Shown: positions 25,654 through 34,893 of the stretch, in pieces
Layout: each line of letters opens with the position of its first letter
Position numbering within the stretch: position 1 is the first letter of the stretch
NCBI GenBank assembly: GCA_902791025.1
Contig: CADATZ010000006.1
Span: 2,303 to 66,302, forward strand
Length of the DNA stretch: 64,000 nt
Source of the DNA: an uncultured Chloroflexota bacterium
GTDB lineage: Bacteria; Chloroflexota; Anaerolineae; Anaerolineales; Anaerolineaceae
Reading direction: 5' to 3'
The notes under the pieces: generated by a model
The model's input: only the letters and a program-made list of their open reading frames with translations
Databases searched by the model: none
Told to the model about the DNA's origin: nothing
Made by a program: the position numbers and the translations under genes

Positions 25654-26955
25654 ATGAAAAAGTTATCCGTTTTGTTGGTCTTCGTGATGCTCGTCAGCGT
25701 TTTCTGCGCTGCCGCAGCTCAGGAGAAGAGCTACCTGGAACGCGCCTATGATGGCGAATTCAAGGGTACAACTGTCACATTCGATGGTCCGTTCGTTGAC
25801 AACGACCAGGTTTTCTTTGAAGAATCCATTAAACCCTTCGAAGAAGCGACCGGTATCGACATTGTTTACGTTGGTAACAAAGACTTCGAATCCACCATTC
25901 AGATGCGTGTCGAAGGCGGCAACGCTCCTGATATCGCTGACTTTCCGCAGCCGGGTCTTCTGGGCAACCTCGCCAAGAAGGGCTATATGATCGATGTCCG
26001 CAATGTCATCAGCGAAGATTGGCTGAAGGAAAACTACAGCGAAGCCTGGTTGGATCTGGCCATGATGGAAGGTCCTGATGGTGAACCGATGATGGCTGGT
26101 ATCTGGGCCCGCAACAATGGTAAATCCCAGGTCTACTATCGCCCGGATGTCTGGGCTGAAGCCGGCTACGAAGTCCCGACCACCTGGGACGAAATGGTTG
26201 CCCTGAGCAAGCAGATGGTTGAAGACGGCGAAACCCCGTGGTGCATCGGTATCGAATCCGGTTCTGCTACCGGTTGGCCGGCCACTGACTGGCTCGAAGA
26301 TATCATGCTGCGCACCGTTTCCCCGGAACAGTACGATGCATGGACCCGCGGTGAATTGAAATTCGATTCTCCGGAAGTCCGCCGTGCCATTGACATCATG
26401 AGCGAAATCTGGTTCACCGATGGTTTCGTTTATGGCGGCCGCGAAGCTATTGCTTCCACCAACTTCGGCGAATCCGTGAAACCGCTGTTCTACGATGTGG
26501 ACGGCTGCATGATGCACCGCATGGGCAACTTCATCACTGCCTACTTCCCGGAAGGTCTCGAACCTCTGAAGGATTACGATGTGTTCTATCTGCCTCCGAT
26601 CGATGCTGAATACGGCAGCCCGTATCTCGGCGGCGGCGACATCTATGGCGTCTTCAATGAAAAACCGGAAGTTCTGGCTGCATTCGAATTCTTCAGCCAT
26701 GGTGAATCCCTGAAGTTCTGGCTCGGCCAGGGCGGTGCTCTGTCCCCGCACAACGATGCTGATCCTGAATGGTACAAGGACCCGACCGAAGCTAAGATCG
26801 CTGAATTCATTCAGAACGCTAACACCTTCCGCTTCGATGGTTCCGACCTCATGCCGTCCTCCGTTGGTGCTGGCACCTTCTGGAAGGGCATGACCGACCT
26901 CGTCACCGGTGCCGACATCGATACCGTCGTTACCGAAATCGACAAGGGTTGGTAA
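25654..26955 (+). CDS. Sugar ABC transporter substrate-binding protein (family 1)
   Basis: 433 aa. Signal peptide MKKLSVLLVFVMLVSVFCAAAA. Family-1 SBP pattern. Followed by two permease genes. Confidence 0.85.
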   Translation: MKKLSVLLVFVMLVSVFCAAAAQEKSYLERAYDGEFKGTTVTFDGPFVDNDQVFFEESIKPFEEATGIDIVYVGNKDFESTIQMRVEGGNAPDIADFPQPGLLGNLAKKGYMIDVRNVISEDWLKENYSEAWLDLAMMEGPDGEPMMAGIWARNNGKSQVYYRPDVWAEAGYEVPTTWDEMVALSKQMVEDGETPWCIGIESGSATGWPATDWLEDIMLRTVSPEQYDAWTRGELKFDSPEVRRAIDIMSEIWFTDGFVYGGREAIASTNFGESVKPLFYDVDGCMMHRMGNFITAYFPEGLEPLKDYDVFYLPPIDAEYGSPYLGGGDIYGVFNEKPEVLAAFEFFSHGESLKFWLGQGGALSPHNDADPEWYKDPTEAKIAEFIQNANTFRFDGSDLMPSSVGAGTFWKGMTDLVTGADIDTVVTEIDKGW

Positions 26956-26996
26956 TCATCCAGCCGCAGGCTTCTGCCTGTAAAGAAATGTAAATG

Positions 26997-27024
26997 CTTG
27001 TGCCGGACTTTTGTCCGGCACAAG
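26997..27024 (+). terminator. Hairpin after the sugar SBP gene (cttgtgccggac-tttt-gtccggcacaag)
   Basis: 12-bp perfect stem with a weak T tract. The stem ends (cttgtgc/gcacaag) echo the IPE central stem. Confidence 0.5.
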
Positions 27025-27037
27025 TTCCCTAAATTTT

Positions 27038-27142
27038 TAGGAGATAGGGAATAGGCTATAGGGAATGGAGAATAGGGAAGAAGGAATAAGGGGAAAGAAC
27101 GAGAAACTACCCCCTAATCCCTAATCCCTATCCCCTAAAATT
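27038..27142. repeat. Heptamer array, 15 units in one continuous phase (tagggaa type switching to its complement taatccc type)
   Basis: taggaga tagggaa taggcta tagggaa tggagaa tagggaa gaaggaa taagggg aaagaac gagaaac taccccc taatccc taatccc tatcccc taaaatt. The two halves are self-complementary. Fills the SBP-permease spacer. Confidence 0.9.
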
Positions 27143-27144
27143 CA

Positions 27145-28539
27145 ATGGAGGAGTTAATGTACTATAGTTCAGAAAAACGGGCTTCCGGGCTTGAAAAATT
27201 CTGGTTATTTATCCGGATGATCTTAGCCGTGGTAGCCATTGTTGCTGTTTTCTATTTCGGCATCAAATATTTGCAGAACTATGAAGGCAACCAGATCGTT
27301 CTAACGCTTATTGCTATCGTCTGGGGTGTCGGTTCTGTTGCACTGTTTTACTTCCTGGCGAACTGGATCGTTGAACGATTCTCGCGGAAATGGTGCAGCC
27401 GTATTCAGCCTTACATCTTTGTAGGTCCCGCAGTTTTGATTCTGTTGTGGGCTTTGCTGATCCCGACAGTTCGTACCTTCATCCTTTCCTTGAAGGATGC
27501 TATGGGGCAGGACTGGATCGGCATGGATGCTTTCAAAAGCGCGATGGGAACCGGCAATCTGGAAAATGTCTACCAGACGATTACCGGCTCCATCTACCTG
27601 ATCTTGATCGCGGTTGTGATCGTGCTCTTGGTTTCCCTTTTTGTCAAGTTGCTTTCGTCGAAAACTGAAATCAAAAATGAAGGCATGACAAAAAAGACCG
27701 GCTGGTGGCTGCTGATTGGCGGTATTATTGTTCTCTATATTGCCATTGAACCTGTGATTCGCGCACTGGGTGATGCAATGGCAGGCGCTAATGTGACACA
27801 GATTCCGCTTCTGGAGAACTACAAATACGCATTTACCGACCCGGCAATGCTGATCGTTTTCCGCAACAACCTGATGTGGTTGATTCTGGGTACATCCTTC
27901 TGTGTTATTTTCGGTCTGATTATTGCTGTTCTTGCTGACCGCACGGGTGCAGCAGAAAAGTATTACAAGATCATCATCTTCCTGCCGATGGCTATTTCAT
28001 TCGTCGGTGCCGGTGTGATCTGGAAGTTCATCTACAACTATCGCGGTCAGGGCAACGAGACCGGTTTGCTCAATGCCATTATTGTGTCTCTTGGTGGTAC
28101 ACCGAAGGCATGGCTGCAGGTTCCTTTCTGGAATAATATTTTCCTCATCATCATCATGATCTGGCTGCAGACGGGTTACTGCATGGTCATCCTTTCCTCT
28201 GCAATTAAGGGTATTTCCAGCGAATTGCTCGAAGCTGCCCGCATTGATGGCGCAAATGAATTCCAGATTTTCTTCAAGATCATTATTCCGGTAATCAGCG
28301 GTACGATCATTTCTGTTACAACGACAGTTTTGATCTTCTCACTGAAGACCTTTGACGTTGTCAACACTATGACCGGCGGTAACTATGGTACGAACGTGAT
28401 CGCGAATGAATTCTATGTCCAGCGTTTCGTCCAGTACAATACCGGCCGTGCTTCAGCTATCGCTATCGTCCTCCTCGTTCTGGTCATCCCGGTGATGGTC
28501 ATGAACCTGCGCCAGTTCAATGAAAGGAAGGCATTCTAA
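27145..28539 (+). CDS. Sugar ABC transporter permease (MalF-like)
   Basis: Polytopic, with an EAA-type loop (EAARIDGANEFQIFFKIIIP). The true start may be ATG 27157, downstream of GGAGGAG at 27147-27153. Confidence 0.85.
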   Translation: MEELMYYSSEKRASGLEKFWLFIRMILAVVAIVAVFYFGIKYLQNYEGNQIVLTLIAIVWGVGSVALFYFLANWIVERFSRKWCSRIQPYIFVGPAVLILLWALLIPTVRTFILSLKDAMGQDWIGMDAFKSAMGTGNLENVYQTITGSIYLILIAVVIVLLVSLFVKLLSSKTEIKNEGMTKKTGWWLLIGGIIVLYIAIEPVIRALGDAMAGANVTQIPLLENYKYAFTDPAMLIVFRNNLMWLILGTSFCVIFGLIIAVLADRTGAAEKYYKIIIFLPMAISFVGAGVIWKFIYNYRGQGNETGLLNAIIVSLGGTPKAWLQVPFWNNIFLIIIMIWLQTGYCMVILSSAIKGISSELLEAARIDGANEFQIFFKIIIPVISGTIISVTTTVLIFSLKTFDVVNTMTGGNYGTNVIANEFYVQRFVQYNTGRASAIAIVLLVLVIPVMVMNLRQFNERKAF

Positions 28540-29663
28540 TGGCTGCAAAATCCAAAAGCTTATCCGATCAGAAAAAGTCTGCTTCTTTCCTGACACATCT
28601 TGTCCTGATCATCCTTTGTTTGATCTGGTTCATTCCGGTGTTTGGTGTGTTTGTTACTTCATTCCGTAATTCCACGAACGTTTTCAACAGTGGATGGTGG
28701 CATGTATTCCCGCATAAAGAATGGGTGGAAACCGGTGAAATCAAGGTTGATGCCGATGCGGACCTGAACGGTGATATCACCGTGACTCTTCCGAATGGGA
28801 AAGAAGTTACCGGTACCTTTGATACATTGAAAAGCGGTGTGACAGTGAATGGTACGAAAGTTCAGTGGTATGGTGCGAAACGTACCCGTACGCTGAAGAC
28901 CTATGAAAGCAAATGGGTCGGCTTTGAAAGCAACCTGACGCTTGAAAACTATAACAACGTGCTGACCGGTAAGAAGATCCAGTACACCGGTGAAAACGGT
29001 GAAACCCTGACCCGCAACGGTTCTGACCTGAGTTCTTCATTCCTGAACTCCATCACGGTTACCGTCCCGGCTACGATCATTCCGATTTTGATTGCGGCCT
29101 TTGCGGCGTATGGCTTTGCCTGGCTGAACTTCCCGGGCCGGAAGCTGTTCTTCTCCATGGTTGTGGCGATGATGGTCGTTCCGCTGCAGATTGCAATCGT
29201 GCCTGTGCTGAGTGACCTCTCCAAGGTTGGCCTTTCCGGTCAGTATCTGGGTATCTGGATGGCACATACCGGTTTCGGTCTGCCGCTGGCGATTTATCTG
29301 CTGTTCAACTACATCAGCACGATCCCGCGGGAAATCCTGGAATCCGCTTTCATTGACGGTGCATCCAACTTCACGATTTTTACCCGCCTGATCCTGCCGC
29401 TTTCTGTTCCGTCCATCGCTTCCTTCGGTATTTTCCAGTTCCTGTGGGTCTGGAATGACTATCTGGTATCTCTGGTCATCCTGGGCGGCGGTCAGAAGAT
29501 GGTCATCACGCAGTCACTGGCGAACATCGTCGGTACCCGCGGTCAGGACTGGCACCTGCTCACTGCCGGTGCGTTCGTCTCCATGATCGTCCCGCTCATC
29601 GTCTTCCTGAGCCTGCAGCGTTACTTCGTCCGCGGTATGATGGCCGGTTCCGTGAAGGGATAG
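28539..29663 (+). CDS. Sugar ABC transporter permease (MalG-like) with enlarged extracytoplasmic loop
   Basis: ESAFIDGASNFTIFTRLILP EAA loop. ATGA overlap with the upstream stop. About 130 aa lie between TM1 and TM2. Confidence 0.85.
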   Translation: MAAKSKSLSDQKKSASFLTHLVLIILCLIWFIPVFGVFVTSFRNSTNVFNSGWWHVFPHKEWVETGEIKVDADADLNGDITVTLPNGKEVTGTFDTLKSGVTVNGTKVQWYGAKRTRTLKTYESKWVGFESNLTLENYNNVLTGKKIQYTGENGETLTRNGSDLSSSFLNSITVTVPATIIPILIAAFAAYGFAWLNFPGRKLFFSMVVAMMVVPLQIAIVPVLSDLSKVGLSGQYLGIWMAHTGFGLPLAIYLLFNYISTIPREILESAFIDGASNFTIFTRLILPLSVPSIASFGIFQFLWVWNDYLVSLVILGGGQKMVITQSLANIVGTRGQDWHLLTAGAFVSMIVPLIVFLSLQRYFVRGMMAGSVKG

Positions 29664-29695
29664 TAATTAGTTTTAAGTTGTAAGTTATAAGTTAT
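29661..29695. repeat. Heptamer array, 5 units (tagtaat tagtttt aagttgt aagttat aagttat)
   Basis: The first unit begins with the TAG stop of the MalG-like gene. A terminator hairpin follows. Confidence 0.7.
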
Positions 29696-29698
29696 AAG

Positions 29699-29731
29699 AG
29701 GGATGTCTGTAAAAGGGCATCCCTTTTTACT
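29699..29731 (+). terminator. Rho-independent terminator after the MalG-like gene
   Basis: agggatg...catccct followed by TTTTT. Confidence 0.7.
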
Positions 29732-29806
29732 TTAAAAAAACATCATTGATTTTTCCTGACAGGAGTGTATAATATAAATAGGATTTTCGGGTAAAGGGTA
29801 TCTGTT

Positions 29807-30736
29807 ATGGGAGAAAAAGACATCGTCGAGAAATTGCTGGAAGACTATAATGACGTTTTTGCGGACATTGTCAATACGCTTTTGTTCGGTGGAGAAAGAG
29901 TTATTGATCCGAACGATCTGGAAAGCAAAACTGCGAGATCGAATTACAAAGCTGACGGCAAGATTCGTGAGTTGGAGCGGGACGTTGTTAAATTGTGGAA
30001 AAAGTATAACATCCGAATCGCCTGTATCGGTTTGGAAAATCAGACAGTACCGGATCCTTACATGATATTCAGAGTTGCCGGGTATGATGGAACTGAATAC
30101 CGGATTCAGCTGAATAACCTCGGCCGGGGCGAAATGCCTTGCCCGGTCATAACAATTGTCCTGTATTTTGGATATGAAAAACGTTGGGATCAACCGAAAT
30201 CCTTGTATGAAGCTTTGAAAGTACCGGATATCCTAAAGCCTTATGTCAATGACATGAAGCTGAATTTATTCGAAATCGCATATCTGGATCGATCGACAGT
30301 TGACAAATTTCAGAGCGATTTCAAAGTTGTTGCAGATTATTTTGTACAAATGCGTGAAAATCGGAATTATGAGCCGAGCTCCGAAGAGCTTGACCATATC
30401 CAGGCGGTTTTGCAATTGTTAAATGTAATGGATCAGGATCACCGTTTTGAGATGAAAATGAACGAAGAAAACGGGAAAGGAAAGGTAAAAACGATGTCCG
30501 AATGGCTTACTATGGTTATTAATGACAGTGAAGCGCGCGGTGAAGCCCGCGGCGAAGCTCGTGGTGAAGCTCGTGGTGAAGCCCGCGGTGAGGCTCGCGG
30601 ACGCATGGAAGGTGAAAATCGATTTGCAAAATTAGTAAAATTATTACTGACTCTGGGAAGGACCGAAGATGCAGCCAAAGCTGCCTGTGACCCGGAATAC
30701 CGTGATACTCTGTATAAGGAATTTCAAATCGCTTGA
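29807..30736 (+). CDS. Rpn/YhgA-like PD-(D/E)XK recombination-promoting nuclease / putative transposase
   Basis: ERDVV...IGLENQT core resembles the D...E-x-Q nuclease motif of this family. The C-terminus carries (EARG)x6, resembling the Glu/Arg/Gly repeats I recall in C-termini of this family. Confidence 0.55.
   Translation: MGEKDIVEKLLEDYNDVFADIVNTLLFGGERVIDPNDLESKTARSNYKADGKIRELERDVVKLWKKYNIRIACIGLENQTVPDPYMIFRVAGYDGTEYRIQLNNLGRGEMPCPVITIVLYFGYEKRWDQPKSLYEALKVPDILKPYVNDMKLNLFEIAYLDRSTVDKFQSDFKVVADYFVQMRENRNYEPSSEELDHIQAVLQLLNVMDQDHRFEMKMNEENGKGKVKTMSEWLTMVINDSEARGEARGEARGEARGEARGEARGRMEGENRFAKLVKLLLTLGRTEDAAKAACDPEYRDTLYKEFQIA
30529..30600 (+). repeat. Six tandem 12-bp units (gaagcNcgNggN) encoding (EARG)x6 inside the Rpn-like gene
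   Basis: gaagcgcgcggt gaagcccgcggc gaagctcgtggt gaagctcgtggt gaagcccgcggt gaggctcgcgga. Variation is mostly at synonymous positions. Confidence 0.95.
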
Positions 30737-30776
30737 TATCCTTAGTGGTTCTTTGATAAACTGTCAATGAGATCAA

Positions 30777-31007
30777 TTGCATTATGAATTGTTCAGAGAT
30801 ACAACACGGTATTACAAAGAAAATCCGAAAGGAGTTGAAACAATGTGCAGAGCGTTTGAAGAAGTCAGGGAACAGGGCAGAGAACAAACTCAGCTTGAAG
30901 TAATTCGAAATCTTATGAACAATCTGCAATTATCAGCTCAACAGGCCATGGATGCAATAGGTATTCCTGCCAAGGATCGGGACATATTGTTGATGAAATT
31001 ATCCTAA
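30777..31007 (+). CDS. Small hypothetical protein (76 aa or shorter), possibly a fragment related to the Rpn-type C-terminal region
   Basis: MCRAFEEVREQGREQTQLEVIRNLM...QQAMDAIGIP has the same Glu/Arg-rich helix style. No clear RBS. Confidence 0.3.
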   Translation: MHYELFRDTTRYYKENPKGVETMCRAFEEVREQGREQTQLEVIRNLMNNLQLSAQQAMDAIGIPAKDRDILLMKLS

Positions 31008-31027
31008 ATAGATGCTTAGAGGTTATT

Positions 31028-32641
31028 ATGGACAAAACACCCTGGTATATGAACGCATACTTTTATCAGATCTATCCACGATCTTTCATGGATGGAAACG
31101 GTGATGGTTACGGCGATTTTGTCGGCATTACGCAAAAACTGGACTATCTGAAATCCCTCGGGATCGACTGTATCTGGATCCAGCCGATTTATCCTTCCCC
31201 GATGTTCGATGATGGGTATGATATCAGTGACTTTGTGAACGTGGACCCGCGTTTCGGCACATTGGAAGAATATCATCAGCTGATCGACGCGGTCCATGCG
31301 CATGGTATGAAGATCATCATGGACCTGGTGATGAATCACTGTTCCAGCGAGCATCCCTGGTTCCAGGCGGCACGCAAAGACCGCAATTCTAAATACCGCG
31401 ACTATTTTGTCTGGTCTGATACCGATCAAAAATATCTCGAGACCCGCATCATCTTCACTGATACGCAGAAATCCAACTGGGCATGGGATGAGGTCGCCGG
31501 ACAATATTACTGGCATCGCTTCTACCCACAGCAGCCGGATCTGAATTTTGACAATCCGGAAGTCCAGGAGGCGATGCTGAACGTCATGCGCCACTGGATG
31601 GATCTTGGCATCGATGGTTTCCGTGCGGATGCGGTTCCCTATCTTTTTGAACGGGACGGCATGGAAAATGAAAACCTGCCGGAAACGCACGAATTTCTGA
31701 AGCGCTGCCGCAAGCTGATGGATGAGGAATATCCTGGTGCGGTGCTGCTCTGTGAAGCGAACATGTGGCCGAAGGAAGTTCGTCCCTATTTTGCGGATGG
31801 GGATGAATTCCAGCTTGGCTTCCATTTCCCGTTGATGCCGCGCATTTTCATGTCCCTTGGGAAGCAGAATGCCGAATCTCTGGTGAAGATCCTCAAGGAT
31901 ACACCAGACATTCCCGAAAACTGCCAGTGGTGCACCTTCCTGCGCAACCATGATGAACTGACCCTGGAGATGGTGACGGAAGAAGACCGCCAGTGGATGT
32001 GGAACTTCTACGCTCCGGATCCGGAAATGCGCAAGAATCTCGGTATCCGCCGCCGCCTCTGGCCGCTTCTGGACAATGATCCGAAGAAGGTAGCACTCGC
32101 TTATTCTATGATGCTCACCATGCCCGGTTCCCCGGTCTTCTATTATGGAGATGAGATCGGTATGGGTGATGATATCCGCCTTTATGACCGCAACGGTGTC
32201 CGCACGCTGATGCAGTGGGATGACACAAAGAACGGCGGTTTTTCAACAGCTGATAAGACTTGCATGCCGGTGATCGATGATCCGGTTTACGGGTATAAAC
32301 AGGTCAATGTCGCTTCTCAGGAGGGTGATCCGAATTCCCATCTGAACATGATCCGCAGTCTGATGTCCACCCGCAAAGCCTCAGACGCGCTTTGCCGCGG
32401 CAAGCTGAAATGGCTTGTGGATGGAGAAAATATTCCGGTTCTTGCGTATATCCGTGAAAGCGAGTATGATAAGGTATGGGTCCTTCAGAACATGACGGAC
32501 AATGAGCAGAGCTTTACTCTGGATCTTCAGGAAGGAACATATTACGATCTGAATCATCCCGAATTTGAAATTCAGGGAAGCTCAAAAACTGAAATAAAAA
32601 TTGCTCCGCGTTCATTTTACTGGCTGCGGAAGAAAAACTGA
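31028..32641 (+). CDS. treS: GH13 trehalose synthase / maltose alpha-D-glucosyltransferase-like enzyme
   Basis: DGNGDGYGDF, QPDLNFDNPEV, GFRADAVPYL, FHFPLMPRIF and FLRNHDELTLEMV are strings typical of TreS. Confidence 0.75.
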   Translation: MDKTPWYMNAYFYQIYPRSFMDGNGDGYGDFVGITQKLDYLKSLGIDCIWIQPIYPSPMFDDGYDISDFVNVDPRFGTLEEYHQLIDAVHAHGMKIIMDLVMNHCSSEHPWFQAARKDRNSKYRDYFVWSDTDQKYLETRIIFTDTQKSNWAWDEVAGQYYWHRFYPQQPDLNFDNPEVQEAMLNVMRHWMDLGIDGFRADAVPYLFERDGMENENLPETHEFLKRCRKLMDEEYPGAVLLCEANMWPKEVRPYFADGDEFQLGFHFPLMPRIFMSLGKQNAESLVKILKDTPDIPENCQWCTFLRNHDELTLEMVTEEDRQWMWNFYAPDPEMRKNLGIRRRLWPLLDNDPKKVALAYSMMLTMPGSPVFYYGDEIGMGDDIRLYDRNGVRTLMQWDDTKNGGFSTADKTCMPVIDDPVYGYKQVNVASQEGDPNSHLNMIRSLMSTRKASDALCRGKLKWLVDGENIPVLAYIRESEYDKVWVLQNMTDNEQSFTLDLQEGTYYDLNHPEFEIQGSSKTEIKIAPRSFYWLRKKN

Positions 32642-32673
32642 TAGCTACCAGCGAATAGCTGATAGCTGACTTG
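32639..32673. repeat. Heptamer array, 5 units (tgatagc taccagc gaatagc tgatagc tgacttg)
   Basis: Begins with the TGA stop of the treS-like gene and ends at the RBS of the amylosucrase-like gene. Confidence 0.7.
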
Positions 32674-32688
32674 TTGGAGGATTATCGA

Positions 32689-34653
32689 ATGATCTATCAA
32701 TATCATCAGGGTGAACAATTTGACAGCAAATCGGCAGCAGAGACACTGCTTGCGGAAGCTATGCCGAAGCTGACAAAAAAGCATGCCGCGTTTATCAAAA
32801 AAGACCCGGAAGCCTGGGCTGAGCTGGAAGACCGTCTTCATCAGTATCTGCCCCGCCTGACGGAGCTGTATTTTGATCTCTATAACGGCTGCATTGAGGC
32901 ATATCCGCAGTTTTTCAATTTGATCGAGACCATGACGGAAAACTGGGTGAAGCGTGACACTTATCTAAAAGCTTCAGACCGTGATCGTCTGGCCAATCCG
33001 GATTGGTTCTGCTCCAATCAGATGATCGGTGCGGTGTGCTATGTCGATCTTTTTGCCGGGGACCTGAGCGGGATCCGCAAAAAGCTGCCGTTTTTCAAGG
33101 AACTGGGCATCACCTATCTGCATCTGATGCCGCTCTTCAAGTGTCCGGAAGGCAACAACGACGGCGGTTATGCGGTTTCTTCCTACCGCGAAGTGGATGA
33201 AAAACTTGGCACGGCCCAGCAGCTGCGCAAACTGGCACAGGAGTTCCGTGAGGCCGGTATTGCCCTGGCGGTGGACTTTGTTTTTAACCATACGTCCGAT
33301 GAACATGAGTGGGCACTGAAAGCCAAAGCGGGTGACCCGGTTTATCAGAACTATTACTGGATGTTCGATGACCGATCTGTCCCGGACCGCTATGAATCGT
33401 CGCTGCGTGAGATTTTCCCTGATGAACATCCGGGTGCTTTCACCTGGTTCGAAGATATTCACAAATGGGTCTGGACGACTTTCCATTCCTATCAGTGGGA
33501 TTTGAACTATCACAATCCGCAGGTGCTGAGCGCTATCACCGATGAAATGCTGCATCTGGCGAATATGGGCGTTGACATTCTCCGCCTGGATGCGGTTGCC
33601 TTTATCTGGAAGCAGATGGGCACGGTATGTGAGAGCCTGCCGCAGGCATATAAACTGGTTGAGGTCTTCAACCTGATCGCCCGCATCAGTGCGCCTTCCC
33701 TGCTCTTCAAATCGGAGGCGATCGTCCATCCGGATGAAGTGATACGCTACATCGATCCGGCCCTCTGCCGCCTTTCTTATAATCCGCTGCTGATGGCGCT
33801 GATGTGGGAAGCGCTGGCGACCCGTGAAACCAAGCTGCTGTCTGCTTCTATGCGCGGACGTTTCAACCTGCCGGAGCATACATCCTGGGTCAATTACATC
33901 CGCTGCCATGATGATATCGGCTGGACTTTCTCTGATGAGGATGCCGGTCGTTTGTGGATCAATGGCTACCCGCATCGTCAGTTCCTGAATTCCTTCTACA
34001 CCGGAAAGTTTGAAGGCAGCTTTGCAAAAGGTCTTCCCTTCCAGGAAAATCCTCATACGGGCGATTGCCGGATCTCCGGTATGCTGGCTTCCCTTGCCGG
34101 TTTGGAAAAGGCACTTGCGGAGAATAACGAAACAGAGATCCAATATTCGCTGGACCGCATCCAGCTGCTCTTTGGCATCACCATGTTCATCGGCGGTATG
34201 CCGCTCATTTATCTCGGTGATGAAATTGGCGAATTGAATGATTATTCGTATACCGAAGACCCGGATAAGAAGGATGACAGCCGCTGGGTCCATCGTGTTC
34301 ACTATGACTGGAACGCCTGGAAAAAGCGCAATGACGAGAACACTGTTGCCGGGACGCTCTGGAACCGAATCAAGAATCTGATCGCGATCCGCAAATCCCA
34401 TCCGGTTTTCTCTGTGCAGAACATCGAAGTCCCGCTGGAATACAATCAGCACATTTTCACTTTCATCAAACGCAGCGAGAATGAGACCGTTCACGTGGTG
34501 GTGAACTTCAGCGAACACCGCGTACAGCTCCCGGCTTCGGTATTCAATTGCTTCGATAACGCGCCGACCGATCTCCTGACCGGCAAGGAATATCCCTACG
34601 GTCCGTTCACCGTCGAACCGTATCAGATTCTCTGCCTGTATCTGAAGGATTAG
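32689..34653 (+). CDS. GH13 amylosucrase-like sucrose glucanotransferase/hydrolase
   Basis: CYVDLFAGDL..LPFFKELGITYLHLMPLFKCPEGNNDGGYAVSSYREV and FVFNHTSDEHEWA match the amylosucrase subfamily pattern. Start at ATG 32689 behind GGAGGA. Confidence 0.7.
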   Translation: MIYQYHQGEQFDSKSAAETLLAEAMPKLTKKHAAFIKKDPEAWAELEDRLHQYLPRLTELYFDLYNGCIEAYPQFFNLIETMTENWVKRDTYLKASDRDRLANPDWFCSNQMIGAVCYVDLFAGDLSGIRKKLPFFKELGITYLHLMPLFKCPEGNNDGGYAVSSYREVDEKLGTAQQLRKLAQEFREAGIALAVDFVFNHTSDEHEWALKAKAGDPVYQNYYWMFDDRSVPDRYESSLREIFPDEHPGAFTWFEDIHKWVWTTFHSYQWDLNYHNPQVLSAITDEMLHLANMGVDILRLDAVAFIWKQMGTVCESLPQAYKLVEVFNLIARISAPSLLFKSEAIVHPDEVIRYIDPALCRLSYNPLLMALMWEALATRETKLLSASMRGRFNLPEHTSWVNYIRCHDDIGWTFSDEDAGRLWINGYPHRQFLNSFYTGKFEGSFAKGLPFQENPHTGDCRISGMLASLAGLEKALAENNETEIQYSLDRIQLLFGITMFIGGMPLIYLGDEIGELNDYSYTEDPDKKDDSRWVHRVHYDWNAWKKRNDENTVAGTLWNRIKNLIAIRKSHPVFSVQNIEVPLEYNQHIFTFIKRSENETVHVVVNFSEHRVQLPASVFNCFDNAPTDLLTGKEYPYGPFTVEPYQILCLYLKD

Positions 34654-34673
34654 TTCATTGTTAATTTACATGG

Positions 34674-34716
34674 TGGTTTTGCGAGATGATTGTCATCTCA
34701 CAAAACCATTTTTTTA
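34674..34716 (+). terminator. Rho-independent terminator after the amylosucrase-like gene
   Basis: tggttttgcgagatga-ttg-tcatctcacaaaacca followed by TTTTTTT. Confidence 0.85.
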
Positions 34717-34751
34717 AGCATAAAATTACTCATAAACTTAAAATAAAAATT

Positions 34752-34832
34752 ATAAAAATATTGAAGATAGTAGGAAAATTTGCAATAAAAATATTGAATT
34801 TAAGGTATTATTATTGAATAAAAATATTGAAG
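34752..34832 (+). repeat. Three copies of ATAAAAATATTGAA(G/T) spaced exactly 33 bp (starts 34752, 34785, 34818)
   Basis: Counted by hand in the AT-rich leader of the DUF4143 ATPase gene. Confidence 0.85.
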
Positions 34833-34893
34833 AAAGTCTTAAACTGAAGTACGATACATAAAAAAGTCAGTATAAAATAATATGGGGAGCTGT

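Noticed and set aside
25663-26751. Long minus-strand ORFs opposite the sugar SBP, TreS, amylosucrase, SBP_5 and GGDEF genes (25663-26751, 31016-31951, 32974-34518, 40055-41038, 41093-42154)
   Set aside because: Each lies fully inside a motif-rich gene on the other strand and has biased, motif-free composition. These are typical antisense ORFs in mid/high-GC coding DNA.
27108-27142. Telomere-like CCCTAAT/CCCCTAA runs (also 44526-44553), resembling plant or protist telomeric heptamers
   Set aside because: They are internal, only 3-5 units long, in phase with non-telomeric heptamers of the same array, and embedded between ordinary bacterial operon genes.
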